NCBI GenBank assembly: GCA_039679675.1
Contig: JBDKUN010000060.1
Location: 1 to 22,946 of the forward strand
Source of the DNA: Armatimonadota bacterium
GTDB lineage: Bacteria; Armatimonadota; UBA5829; DTLH01
Reading direction: 5' to 3'
Length of the DNA stretch: 22,946 nucleotides
How positions within the stretch are numbered: the first letter of the stretch is position 1; every line of letters starts with the position of its first letter. The notes below the pieces were generated by a model. It ran no database searches and was not told where the DNA came from. It worked only from the letters and a program-made list of their open reading frames with translations. The position numbers and the translations under genes were made by a program. Below, piece after piece: positions 1-8,364 of this stretch.

Positions 1-2
1 CA

Positions 3-797
3 CTTTCAAGTAAGAAGAATGGCTTTACACTGATCGAGTTATTGGTTGTAATAGCCATCATCGCGGTCTTGGCGGCGATACTGTTCCCGATCTTCGAGAC
101 CGCAAGAGAAGCAGCGCGTTTGACCAGATGCTTGAGCGGCATTAAGCAGGTAAACAATGCAGCTCTCCAGTATTCCGACGACAACAACGGCAGGTTTATC
201 GCCCTTAACTGCTATGATGCAAGACCAAGGGACGCAAATGGCCAGCCACCGAAAACTAGTTGGCTCCAGGAGTCGGACTGGAGAGAGTCAGGTCTCTATA
301 AGTATGTAGCCAAGTCGAAAGAGGTTATTGCGTGTCCTTCGGACACAAGAAAAGCCAGGATATCTGGAATGAATACCCCTTCAGCAAACAGGTATACATA
401 CAGCTATTCCATTAACTTCTGGCTGACATGGATCTGTCCTCACCTTCCTGACCTTCCGCTAGATGCATCCGGCGGCTACTCTGACACTTCCTATTACGGC
501 CGGTTTGACCGCTCGAACCATGAAGGGTTCCCTGTGAGCTGGTTCAGGCGGCCATCCAAGACTATCTGCATAGTTGAGGAGAACACAGACCCAAGGCAGA
601 ATCCTACCGGTATGCTAAATGATGCGGTATTTATCGGCGGCGACATGGTTGCTTACAGGCATAATGGAGCTGGAACTATAGCGTATCTTGACGGTCATGT
701 GGGGAAACTTACCGGCAAGAGCAACACTGCTTATTGGGGAACAGACTCAAAAGGAAAGCTGCTATTCTATAACGACGGCTATTACAACGATAAATAG
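3..797 (+). CDS. Prepilin-type N-terminal cleavage/methylation protein with DUF1559-like body and C-terminal H-X9-DG motif (5'-truncated by window edge)
   Basis: The frame is open from base 3 and reads LSSKKNG|FTLIELLVVIAIIAVLAAILFPIF, a class III signal with G|F and E5, so the ORF-track start at 42 is internal. AREAAR..C and CPSD follow. C-terminal RHNGAGTIAYLDGHV is an H-X9-DG motif. Confidence 0.92.
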   Translation, partial: LSSKKNGFTLIELLVVIAIIAVLAAILFPIFETAREAARLTRCLSGIKQVNNAALQYSDDNNGRFIALNCYDARPRDANGQPPKTSWLQESDWRESGLYKYVAKSKEVIACPSDTRKARISGMNTPSANRYTYSYSINFWLTWICPHLPDLPLDASGGYSDTSYYGRFDRSNHEGFPVSWFRRPSKTICIVEENTDPRQNPTGMLNDAVFIGGDMVAYRHNGAGTIAYLDGHVGKLTGKSNTAYWGTDSKGKLLFYNDGYYNDK

Positions 798-835
798 CAG
801 GTTTCCGGCATGATATTCAATGTCATGCAATCTTG

Positions 836-867
836 AAAAGGCCGGGAGACTATCTTCTGGCCTTTTT
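836..867 (+). terminator. Rho-independent terminator after the prepilin-like gene
   Basis: AAAAGGCCGGGAGA-CTA-TCTTCTGGCCTTTTT: GC-rich stem with G-U pairs followed by a T tract, about 40 nt after the stop codon. Confidence 0.8.
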
Positions 868-981
868 GTGCGTACTTCCACTACTTTTTCCTGGATTCCG
901 CGACAAGCCTGTATTTTCATGGCATAATGAACATGGTGTATATACTAGGCATAGTTTGCCCAATGTGCATGGAGTTAATAA

Positions 982-3297
982 GTGAAGTATCTTTTTTTAC
1001 CTGTACTGCTGATCAGCATGATCTGCAATATAGCATTTGCAGGACCATCTATCCATCTCAATCATTCTTCCTTCGATCCGTTGTTGACCACCCAGCAGTC
1101 ACATACTGCTTCCGATGAAGGGCCGGACGGCAAGCATTACTACATCGTCCAGTTTCAGGGCCCCATTGAAGCCTCATGGAAAGCAGAAGCAGAAGCCGCT
1201 GGAGCGGAAATCCTTGATTATACCCCTGATTTCGCGTTTGTTGTACGCGCACCGCAGTCAGCAGTGGAAAAACTTCGAGCTATCTCGTCCATCCGCTGGG
1301 TTGGGGATTATGCCACAGAATATAGATTATCGCCCAAGCTACAAAAAGACGGGACTGCCGAAGTAAACATCAGGGTCTTCCCCGGAGCAGATAATTTTTA
1401 TGTAAGAAAAAAGCTGGTTGAGGCAGGCGGAAGCGTCATTACTCCCCAAGAAGAGCTCGGCCACAGTTTGCATGCATCGATCCCCGCATCCAAGCTCCTG
1501 CAAGCCGCACATACCGCCGGAGTTGCCTGGATAGAGCCTAAGCCAGACTACAAGCTGAGTAATAATACAGCCAGGGGCATCATGAACACCGGCACAGTCT
1601 GGACTAATCTGGGACTTTACGGTTCCGGACAAATCGCGGCCATCGCCGACACCGGGCTCGATACGGGAAACACCTCGACACTGCTATCTGATTTCAGCGG
1701 CAGGGTAATCAAAACCTATTCGCTTGGACGCAGAAAGAACTGGAGCGATCCAAACGGCCATGGAACACATGTTGCCGGATCGCTTCTCGGCAATGGAGCG
1801 CTTTCAGGCAGCAACGCATCTACTCACCAGTATGAAGGATCTTTTGCGGGAGTTGCCCCAGAAGCATCGCTCGTTTTCCAATCAGTCATGGATAGTAGAG
1901 GTTATCTCACCGGGATTCCTACCGATCTAAACAATCTATTTATCAGCCCGTATAACGACGGCGCGCGCATCCATTCAAATAGTTGGGGAGACAGTTCTAA
2001 TCCCGGATACTATGCCTCGGATTCTTATTACACCGATCAGTTTATCTGGAACCACAAGGATATGGTCATTCTATTCGCTGCAGGAAACGAGGGTGTAGAT
2101 ACCAACCCGGCAGACGGGAAGGTAGACGTGGACAGTATAAACTATCCAGCAACAGCGAAGAACATAATCTGCGTTGGTGCAACGGAATCAATTACCCCTG
2201 CATCAACAACCACGTGGGGAAGCGCCGGTTACACCACAGAACCGCTATACTCTGACAAAGTTGCGAATAACTCAAGCGGAATGGCAGCATTCAGCTCAAG
2301 GGGACCGTGTGATGACGGGCGGATCAAACCTGATATTTGCGCACCTGGCATCTTTGTTATCTCTGATCACTCACAATACCCTGGAGCCGGCACACTTTCA
2401 GGTTCATATAACTCATATTATGCTTATGGCGCGGGAACAAGCATGGCTACACCGCTTGTCGCTGGAGCCTGTGTGCTGACCAGAGAATATTACGTCAAAA
2501 AGGGAATATCCTCCCCATCCGCAGCGCTGATCAAAGCAACACTTTTGAACGGCGCTTTCGATATGGCACCAGGCCAATATACATCTCCGCAGGAGATACC
2601 TGCCAGGCCGAACAGCGTTGAAGGCTGGGGTAGACTGGATCTCAAAAATTCGCTTATTCCGGCATCACCAAAAGCAATCTATTCTTACGATGTTTCCACG
2701 GGCCTATCTACAGGCGGATCGTCCACATACCACATTTATAACGTATCGGGTGCAAGTCCGCTCCGTGTAACGCTCGCCTGGACGGATTATCCTGCTTCTG
2801 CAGGTGCATCAATAGCCCTTGTAAACGATCTTGACCTCAAGGTAACCACACCATCCGGTGTTACTTATTACGGTAACGGCACAATCGACAGGCGTAACAA
2901 CGTGGAAGGTGTGGATTTCACCGCTAATCCTGCGGTCGGAATGTACACAATCACCGTGACCGGTTATAACATCCCATACGGGCCGCAGCCGTATGCACTG
3001 ATAGTCTCCGGCGCGGCGCTTCCTGCACAACCAAACAGCACTCCCACCGCAACAGCGGCAAAAGCGCTTCCTGACGGCTCACTTGTGCGCCTTCAGGGCA
3101 AGATAGTGAGCGCGGGGACAGATCAGTTCAATAACTTCTTCTATATCCAGGAGCCTGACAGGTCATCCGGTATACGGGTTCAATATGGGCTCGGAGGCGG
3201 GCCATCCGTCACGGCAGGTATGACGGTCAGTGTAGCAGGTACAATGTCAACGGCTGCCGGACAAAGAGTAATAAAGGACCCTATCGTAACCTTTTAG
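982..3297 (+). CDS. Secreted S8 (subtilisin-family, Kp43-like) serine protease with propeptide, C-terminal beta-barrel and an extra ~85-aa terminal domain
   Basis: Signal peptide MKYLFLPVLLISMICNIAFA. Catalytic motifs IADTG (Asp), HGTHVAG (His), AAGNEG (oxyanion Asn) and GTSMATP (Ser). HSNSWG, GRIKPD, PSAALIKA, LRVTLAWTD and NNVE segments are typical of Kp43-like enzymes. GTG start with GGAG upstream. Confidence 0.95.
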   Translation: MKYLFLPVLLISMICNIAFAGPSIHLNHSSFDPLLTTQQSHTASDEGPDGKHYYIVQFQGPIEASWKAEAEAAGAEILDYTPDFAFVVRAPQSAVEKLRAISSIRWVGDYATEYRLSPKLQKDGTAEVNIRVFPGADNFYVRKKLVEAGGSVITPQEELGHSLHASIPASKLLQAAHTAGVAWIEPKPDYKLSNNTARGIMNTGTVWTNLGLYGSGQIAAIADTGLDTGNTSTLLSDFSGRVIKTYSLGRRKNWSDPNGHGTHVAGSLLGNGALSGSNASTHQYEGSFAGVAPEASLVFQSVMDSRGYLTGIPTDLNNLFISPYNDGARIHSNSWGDSSNPGYYASDSYYTDQFIWNHKDMVILFAAGNEGVDTNPADGKVDVDSINYPATAKNIICVGATESITPASTTTWGSAGYTTEPLYSDKVANNSSGMAAFSSRGPCDDGRIKPDICAPGIFVISDHSQYPGAGTLSGSYNSYYAYGAGTSMATPLVAGACVLTREYYVKKGISSPSAALIKATLLNGAFDMAPGQYTSPQEIPARPNSVEGWGRLDLKNSLIPASPKAIYSYDVSTGLSTGGSSTYHIYNVSGASPLRVTLAWTDYPASAGASIALVNDLDLKVTTPSGVTYYGNGTIDRRNNVEGVDFTANPAVGMYTITVTGYNIPYGPQPYALIVSGAALPAQPNSTPTATAAKALPDGSLVRLQGKIVSAGTDQFNNFFYIQEPDRSSGIRVQYGLGGGPSVTAGMTVSVAGTMSTAAGQRVIKDPIVTF

Positions 3298-3392
3298 GGA
3301 TTTGCGGCTATACAGAGAGTGATGTTCCTTTGGGAATAGCGTTTTTCAGTGGAATATGCATGTCAGCGCGCGAATTCTTGCCTAACACTCAT

Positions 3393-3429
3393 TAAAAAGA
3401 GGCTGCCCTTTTGGGACAGCCTCTTTTTA
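3393..3429. terminator. Bidirectional intrinsic terminator between convergent genes
   Basis: TAAAAAGAGGCTGCCC-TTTT-GGGACAGCCTCTTTTTA, with an A tract on one side and a T tract on the other. Confidence 0.88.
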
Positions 3430-3453
3430 GAGTCACAATCGATATATGACCCT

Positions 3454-3654
3454 TTAGCTCTCTTTCTCTATCTCTACCTCTTTTGATGGGCCCTGGGTAG
3501 TTAGCCAGTTGTCGCAATCCAGCCGGGAACAGTAGAACATTTTCTTACGCTTGCTGTTCTCCATGACCACATCCGCAATATAGGCGAAATCGCACCGAAC
3601 ACAAAGGATCGGGTCAATGATCTTAATTACGCGTAATTTGCTTTTCCCAGCCAT
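3454..3654 (-). CDS. Small 66-aa Cys-rich hypothetical protein, putative zinc-binding
   Basis: GGAGG followed by ATG at 3654 (MAGKSKLRVIKIIDPILCVRC...YCSRLDCDNW). CxxC and Cx4C pairs. Ends just before a terminator. Start moved from the ORF-track 3720 on RBS evidence. Confidence 0.75.
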   Translation of the reverse strand: MAGKSKLRVIKIIDPILCVRCDFAYIADVVMENSKRKKMFYCSRLDCDNWLTTQGPSKEVEIEKES

Positions 3655-3766
3655 TTTGCCTCCAATATCTATGCGATACAACGCACCTAAAACTCTGTAG
3701 TTGGTCATGTTCCTACACAAAGATTATCGGCAGTTGAATAAAAGATTAGCAGGCATAGAGATACGG

Positions 3767-3792
3767 GTTTTATCACAAAACCACAGGGGTAG
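3767..3792 (+). promoter_or_regulatory. Putative SigB/SigF-type promoter GTTT-N16-GGGTAG
   Basis: GTTT at 3767-3770, a 16-nt spacer and GGGTAG at 3787-3792, about 38 nt upstream of ATG 3830. Confidence 0.5.
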
Positions 3793-3829
3793 TGATAATC
3801 AGGGCAACTACCACTGGAGGGCATACAGT

Positions 3830-4048
3830 ATGATTAACAAAGAATCAAAGGAGCAGGTGCTGCAGCACTTCCTTGAACTCGGCTACCATGACAGAGTTGA
3901 TGTGCTGGAGCGGATCGCCGGTGATGAGGAAGGCGAGCCTATCGATATGTTCGTCGAAGCCAACCTGGTGATGTCCGAAGACCAGTTCCGCGAAGCGAAG
4001 CTGCGACTTTCGGAGCGGGGATACTCTGTTGACTTCGTTGGAATATGA
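3830..4048 (+). CDS. Hypothetical acidic 72-aa protein, paralog 1 of a tandem pair
   Basis: GGAGG at 3816-3820 precedes ATG 3830 (MINKESKEQVLQHFLEL...). Aligns without gaps to the next ORF. Confidence 0.8.
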   Translation: MINKESKEQVLQHFLELGYHDRVDVLERIAGDEEGEPIDMFVEANLVMSEDQFREAKLRLSERGYSVDFVGI

Positions 4049-4062
4049 GAGGAGTTGATCCG

Positions 4063-4272
4063 ATGGCAGAGACAGTAGAAAAGGTGCTTTACGATTTCCT
4101 GCAACTGGACGAAGATGACCGAAATTGGGTGCTGGAGCAGATAGCTACGAGGGACGACGGTAATCCGGTAGATATGTACGTAGCTGCAGCGGCTGTTTTC
4201 TCACCTGAGCAGTTCGATGAAGCCCGCGAGCGGTTAAAACTGCGGGGTTATGTCCCGCTTGCCAACGCATAG
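4063..4272 (+). CDS. Hypothetical acidic 69-aa protein, paralog 2 of a tandem pair
   Basis: GAGGAG just upstream of ATG 4063 (MAETVEKVLYDFLQL...). 30 of 59 residues identical to the upstream ORF by manual alignment. Confidence 0.8.
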   Translation: MAETVEKVLYDFLQLDEDDRNWVLEQIATRDDGNPVDMYVAAAAVFSPEQFDEARERLKLRGYVPLANA

Positions 4273-4314
4273 CACAGATAACACTGATATTCGGAATAGG
4301 TGTCCTCAAAAAAC

Positions 4315-4355
4315 GAAAAAGGTGGTCCGAAAATGTATTTCAGGCCACCTTTTTC
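4315..4355. terminator. Bidirectional intrinsic terminator
   Basis: GAAAAAGGTGGTCCGAAA-ATGTA-TTTCAGGCCACCTTTTTC between the convergent paralog pair and apgM. Confidence 0.82.
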
Positions 4356-4380
4356 TGCTATCAGCAATTATTGTCTGCAA

Positions 4381-5619
4381 TTACGCGCCGAATTTATCCT
4401 GCACCATCATAAGCTGAGTGATTATGTTCATCACATCGACGCCCTTAATCCTGTGGACCCCGCCTTTCGTGACTGAGCGCTCATCGAACTTCATGCATTC
4501 ATCCACGCGGACGCCGGGCCCCCGAAATACAACCGGTACCGGGTCGCCGGAGTGGTCTTTCACGGAAACAGGCGTCGAATGGTCCGCAGTCACCACAATA
4601 TAGGTCTCGGAATCGATGTTATCCATAAGATATTTGATCATTACGTCCATCTGGCCTATCAGGTCTATCTTCGCCTGGGAAATTCCATCGTGCCCGCCGA
4701 TGTCCGCGCCTTTCACATTGCACAAGACGAAGTTGTGGTCCTTGAGCGCGTCGATTATCGCGCGTGCCATAGCCAAAAGGTCTGAATCCAGCCCGCCGGT
4801 CGCCTCTGGCACGTCGATGATCTTCATACCGACGTATTTCGCGACTCCCTTTATAAGGCCGGTCTCGGCAACGCATGCACTTTCGATGTGGAAGCGGTCG
4901 TTGATCGGCGTCAGATGAGGAGCAAGCCCCGCGCCGCGCGGGAGGATTACATTCGCAGGTTCCTCACCCCTGGCACGCCTGGCCTGGTTTACCGGATGGT
5001 CCTTTAAAGCCTCGTAAGACCTGCGGACGAACTCATTTACTATCCGGGCAGTCTTTGCGCTTGCAGCGTCAGACGGATCGACGGGTTCACAATTGTGGAC
5101 CTTGGCTCCTGCAACGTGGGGATCGGTATCCGTGATATTCGCACCGAGTCCGGGGCCGCGCAGCACAAGCGCCCCTCTGTGAGCAACGGACTCTTTGAAC
5201 AGGCAAACCACATCCTCGATCTGCATATTGTTCACGGCGGCTGCAAGCTGGTCCGTTCCTTCGGTAATTCTGCCCGCGCGGCGGTCAGTGACTACCATGT
5301 TGCTGTCTACCGTCGTAAAGTTGCAGCGAAACGCGACATCACCATGCTTTACGTCCATGCCGATACCGGCAGCCTCGAACGGTCCTCTGCCAGTGTAGTG
5401 TTCGTAAGGATCATAACCGAGGATAGCGAGGTGCGAGGTATCACTTCCGGCTCTCACGCCCGGGGCTATCGGGTCCATTAACCCGCACTCTCCCTCAGCC
5501 GCAAGTTTGTCCAGGTTCGGTTTTTCCGCCACTTCAAGTGGTGTCTTATTCCCCAGTTCGGGTACGGGCCTGTCCCCCAGCCCATCTCCGATAAGTAAAA
5601 TCGCTTTTGGTCCTTCCAT
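4381..5619 (-). CDS. apgM: 2,3-bisphosphoglycerate-independent phosphoglycerate mutase, ApgM (archaeal-type) family
   Basis: [21 protein letters not shown] (phospho-Ser), [36 protein letters not shown] and TADHSTP..HSGDPVP metal-binding motifs. Confidence 0.93.
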   Translation of the reverse strand: MEGPKAILLIGDGLGDRPVPELGNKTPLEVAEKPNLDKLAAEGECGLMDPIAPGVRAGSDTSHLAILGYDPYEHYTGRGPFEAAGIGMDVKHGDVAFRCNFTTVDSNMVVTDRRAGRITEGTDQLAAAVNNMQIEDVVCLFKESVAHRGALVLRGPGLGANITDTDPHVAGAKVHNCEPVDPSDAASAKTARIVNEFVRRSYEALKDHPVNQARRARGEEPANVILPRGAGLAPHLTPINDRFHIESACVAETGLIKGVAKYVGMKIIDVPEATGGLDSDLLAMARAIIDALKDHNFVLCNVKGADIGGHDGISQAKIDLIGQMDVMIKYLMDNIDSETYIVVTADHSTPVSVKDHSGDPVPVVFRGPGVRVDECMKFDERSVTKGGVHRIKGVDVMNIITQLMMVQDKFGA

Positions 5620-5641
5620 CCTGTTCCTCCTGAATTCCTTC

Positions 5642-6358
5642 TTATCTCACAAGTCCTGCTGCCGGTATCGAACGCCGCTCACCGGACGGTAGATCGACAA
5701 TCAAACTGCCGTCTTCATCTACGCCCGCCGCGACACCCTCGATACATTCGCAACCAACGGTTATAGCTACCTGCCTGCCGGTAGTATTCTCAAGCTCACG
5801 CCAGTCCTCCAGCGTCCGCTTAAAACCCCTGGCACGGTAGACACCGTACGCAATATCCAATTCTTCTAAAAATGACTTCAGAATGCAGCCTGTATCTATC
5901 GGTCTTCCCAACTCCAGAGCAGCGCTGGTCGCAGTAGATGCTATCTCTTCCGGCAAATCCGTCCAATTGACGTTTATCCCGACGCCAAGAATTGCCGCGC
6001 CCTTTGCCGTCTCCACGATCATACCCGATATCTTCTTATCTCCGACACGGACATCGTTAGGCCACTTGATAGCGGCATCGAGCCCGCATGAGTTCCGAAG
6101 TGCCTCAGCAACGGCAATGGCTGCAACAAATGCGAGTTCGCCCATCCTGTCAAGCGGCAGATTGGGTCTGAGGATGACTGATGCAAGCATGTTCAAACCC
6201 GGTGGAGAAAACCATTTTCTTCCCCGGCTGCCCCGTCCAACTGTCTGCTCCAATGCCACCACGACCGTTCCTTCATCCGCGCCGTCTTCGGCCAGTTTAC
6301 GTGCTGCATCGTTAGTGGAACTTACGGTGTCGTAACGGTGGATCACCGAACCGATCAT
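5642..6358 (-). CDS. birA: Biotin--[acetyl-CoA-carboxylase] ligase without N-terminal HTH (monofunctional)
   Basis: SSTND, EQTVGRGSRGRKW, IKWPND, KKISGMIVE and GVGINVN motifs, with a C-terminal SH3-like domain. Overlaps the nadC stop (ATGA). Confidence 0.93.
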   Translation of the reverse strand: MIGSVIHRYDTVSSTNDAARKLAEDGADEGTVVVALEQTVGRGSRGRKWFSPPGLNMLASVILRPNLPLDRMGELAFVAAIAVAEALRNSCGLDAAIKWPNDVRVGDKKISGMIVETAKGAAILGVGINVNWTDLPEEIASTATSAALELGRPIDTGCILKSFLEELDIAYGVYRARGFKRTLEDWRELENTTGRQVAITVGCECIEGVAAGVDEDGSLIVDLPSGERRSIPAAGLVR

Positions 6359-7203
6359 TTTTCGAAGTCCATCCCTATGTCGAGAGCCTTGACCGAATGA
6401 GTCAGCGCGCCGACGGATATAATATCGACACCGGTTGCCGCAATTTCAGCGATAGTATCCTCATTCACTCCGCCGGAGGCTTCGAGAACAGCTCTTCCAG
6501 AAGTAGTTTCCACTGCCCGGCGCATCGTCTCGACGTCCATGTTGTCCAGCATGATAATATCTGCATCTGCTGCGATTGCTTCGTTGAGTTCATCGAGATT
6601 GCGGACCTCAACTTCGATCTTCAGCGTGTGCGGCGCATTTTTTCTGGCCGATTCCACGGCGTTGGTGATGCCGCCTGCGGCCACGATGTGATTGTCCTTG
6701 ATCAAAATACCGTCAGAGAGCCCGAACCGGTGGTTCCGCCCGCCGCCCACTCGAACTGCGTACTTCTCAAGCACTCTTAGGCCGGGAGTCGTCTTCCTGG
6801 TATCGACCACACTCGCGTGAGTGCCTCGAACAAGCTCGACAAACCTGGCTGTCCTTGTGGCAATACCGGAGAGCCGCTGCATGAAGTTCAGTGCAACCCG
6901 CTCTCCAGATAGAAGCGACCTGCTGCGGCCCTCTATTACAGCAAGCGGCTGGCCGCCCGTGACCCTGTCACCGTCAGCGGCCTTTCTTTCGAACTTCAAA
7001 ATGGGATCGACGGCGGTGAATACCATCGCCGCCACATCCATACCTGCAACGATGCCATCCTCCCGCGCAGAGATGACCGCACGGGACATAGCCTGCTCCG
7101 GTACGGTAAATATAGTCGTAATATCACCGGAACCAATGTCCTCTTCAAGAGCCGATTCGACTATAGCCCGAAGAAATATGGCATCAGCAAGTATCATCAT
7201 CAT
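6355..7203 (-). CDS. nadC: Nicotinate-nucleotide diphosphorylase (quinolinate phosphoribosyltransferase)
   Basis: ALEEDIGSGDITT, ERVALNFMQRLSGIAT, DTRKTTPGLR, NHRFGLSDGILIKDNH, EVEV, MLDNM and EASGG. Start is one of three tandem ATGs at 7203/7200/7197, just after the upstream gene's stop at 7211. Confidence 0.96.
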   Translation of the reverse strand: MMMILADAIFLRAIVESALEEDIGSGDITTIFTVPEQAMSRAVISAREDGIVAGMDVAAMVFTAVDPILKFERKAADGDRVTGGQPLAVIEGRSRSLLSGERVALNFMQRLSGIATRTARFVELVRGTHASVVDTRKTTPGLRVLEKYAVRVGGGRNHRFGLSDGILIKDNHIVAAGGITNAVESARKNAPHTLKIEVEVRNLDELNEAIAADADIIMLDNMDVETMRRAVETTSGRAVLEASGGVNEDTIAEIAATGVDIISVGALTHSVKALDIGMDFEK

Positions 7204-7210
7204 ACTATCT

Positions 7211-8167
7211 CTACGGCAAAGCCGCCCCACTAGGAGAAGTCTTCTTGAATGTCTTCTCGACATCCTTCAACCCCGGCTCGGATATGGTCAGCTTGGCATC
7301 CTTACGGGCGTTTTCAAGCATCTTGTTGTAGTCACCGCTAGCTATTGCGCTCTTCATTACAAGCTGCGCATAGATAAGGGGTTTTGCCTCTTCCAGCGTA
7401 ATCTTGACAGCCGGCATCTTGTCGCCAGGGACCATAACCAGCCACTGCTCGGAACCGGTCATACCGCCGAGAGATATTGGTTTGGTCGGCTTGCCCTTCG
7501 GGGTGCTGAAGAGCGGCTTGGTTATTTGTTCAGGAAGACCTGTTCCCTGTTTCGGGATTGCCTGATGCTCAACCTTAAGACCGGCCTCGTCAGCAACTTG
7601 CTGAATGGAAGAACCGGACGACAGTTTTTTTACTGCACTGTCAGCGGCAGCTTTGTTCGGGAAAATAACAGCTTCCATCTTGACACGTTCAGGGATGGAA
7701 AATGCAGTATTTTTCCGCTGATCATATTCCTTCTTAACGTCCTCATCCTTGATCTTTGTCTTCAAGGTCGTTTCAGCCAGGTTGATTCTTGCCTGCTCAA
7801 TCATAAGCCTGTGCTTGTATTCATCAAGTGTCAGTCCCGATTCTTTAAGATACGCGTCCAGATCCTCGGCCTTCTTTATCGGGGCCAGTCTCGCATTTAC
7901 CTGTTCGTCGGTCGGAGTAACCTTTTTCTCCGCTGCCAGGCTGAGTACGAGTTCTTCATCGAGCATCTGCGACAGTGCGGCTGATACCTGCTCTTTGGTC
8001 ATAGGATTGCGGCTCATATAATTGACAAGATCATTACTGGTGATCTTTTTGCCGTTGATCTCTGCGATTGAGGATGATGATCCTCCTCCGCTGCGTCCAC
8101 AGCCTGTCAGAACCACTGCGGCTGCCACCGCCAGTATTACGAAGACTGATGCATACCTTCTTAACAA
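7211..8167 (-). CDS. PrsA/SurA-like foldase lipoprotein (SurA-N plus degenerate PpiC rotamase domain)
   Basis: Lipobox VLTG|C. IAEINGKKIT, LSQMLDEELVLSLAAEKKVTPTDEQV, DEDVKKEYD..F..PERV and LEEAKPLI..L..LENARKDAKLTI match the PrsA architecture. TTG start with GAGGAG RBS and a TGCTATAAC extended -10-like motif upstream. Confidence 0.8.
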   Translation of the reverse strand: MLRRYASVFVILAVAAAVVLTGCGRSGGGSSSSIAEINGKKITSNDLVNYMSRNPMTKEQVSAALSQMLDEELVLSLAAEKKVTPTDEQVNARLAPIKKAEDLDAYLKESGLTLDEYKHRLMIEQARINLAETTLKTKIKDEDVKKEYDQRKNTAFSIPERVKMEAVIFPNKAAADSAVKKLSSGSSIQQVADEAGLKVEHQAIPKQGTGLPEQITKPLFSTPKGKPTKPISLGGMTGSEQWLVMVPGDKMPAVKITLEEAKPLIYAQLVMKSAIASGDYNKMLENARKDAKLTISEPGLKDVEKTFKKTSPSGAALP

Positions 8168-8364
8168 TAAATTGCTCCTCTCGAGTTATAGCATAACCTA
8201 CCGCACTATAGCGACAGCTTTGCTTCTGATGTTGTTACCTTCCCGGTAAAATCGCCACTTTGACTACGGCTGCCCTATAGGGAAAGTTACAAAAGAAATA
8301 TCTCAACAATTATAGGGCTTGTCCTCCAACTGCGCAACTAATTATCTGCCTGTAAAAACTGCTG

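Noticed and set aside
808..828. Palindrome GCATGATAT-TCA-ATGTCATGC after the first gene
   Set aside because: Single short dyad upstream of the terminator with no second copy seen, so no function can be supported.
3701..3829. Longer starts for the 3701-4048 (+) and 3454-3720 (-) ORFs
   Set aside because: They would overlap head to head and lack RBSs. Strong GGAGG sites support 3830 and 3654.
6821..7984. 387-aa plus-strand ORF
   Set aside because: Antisense shadow of nadC and the foldase gene, with no recognisable motifs.
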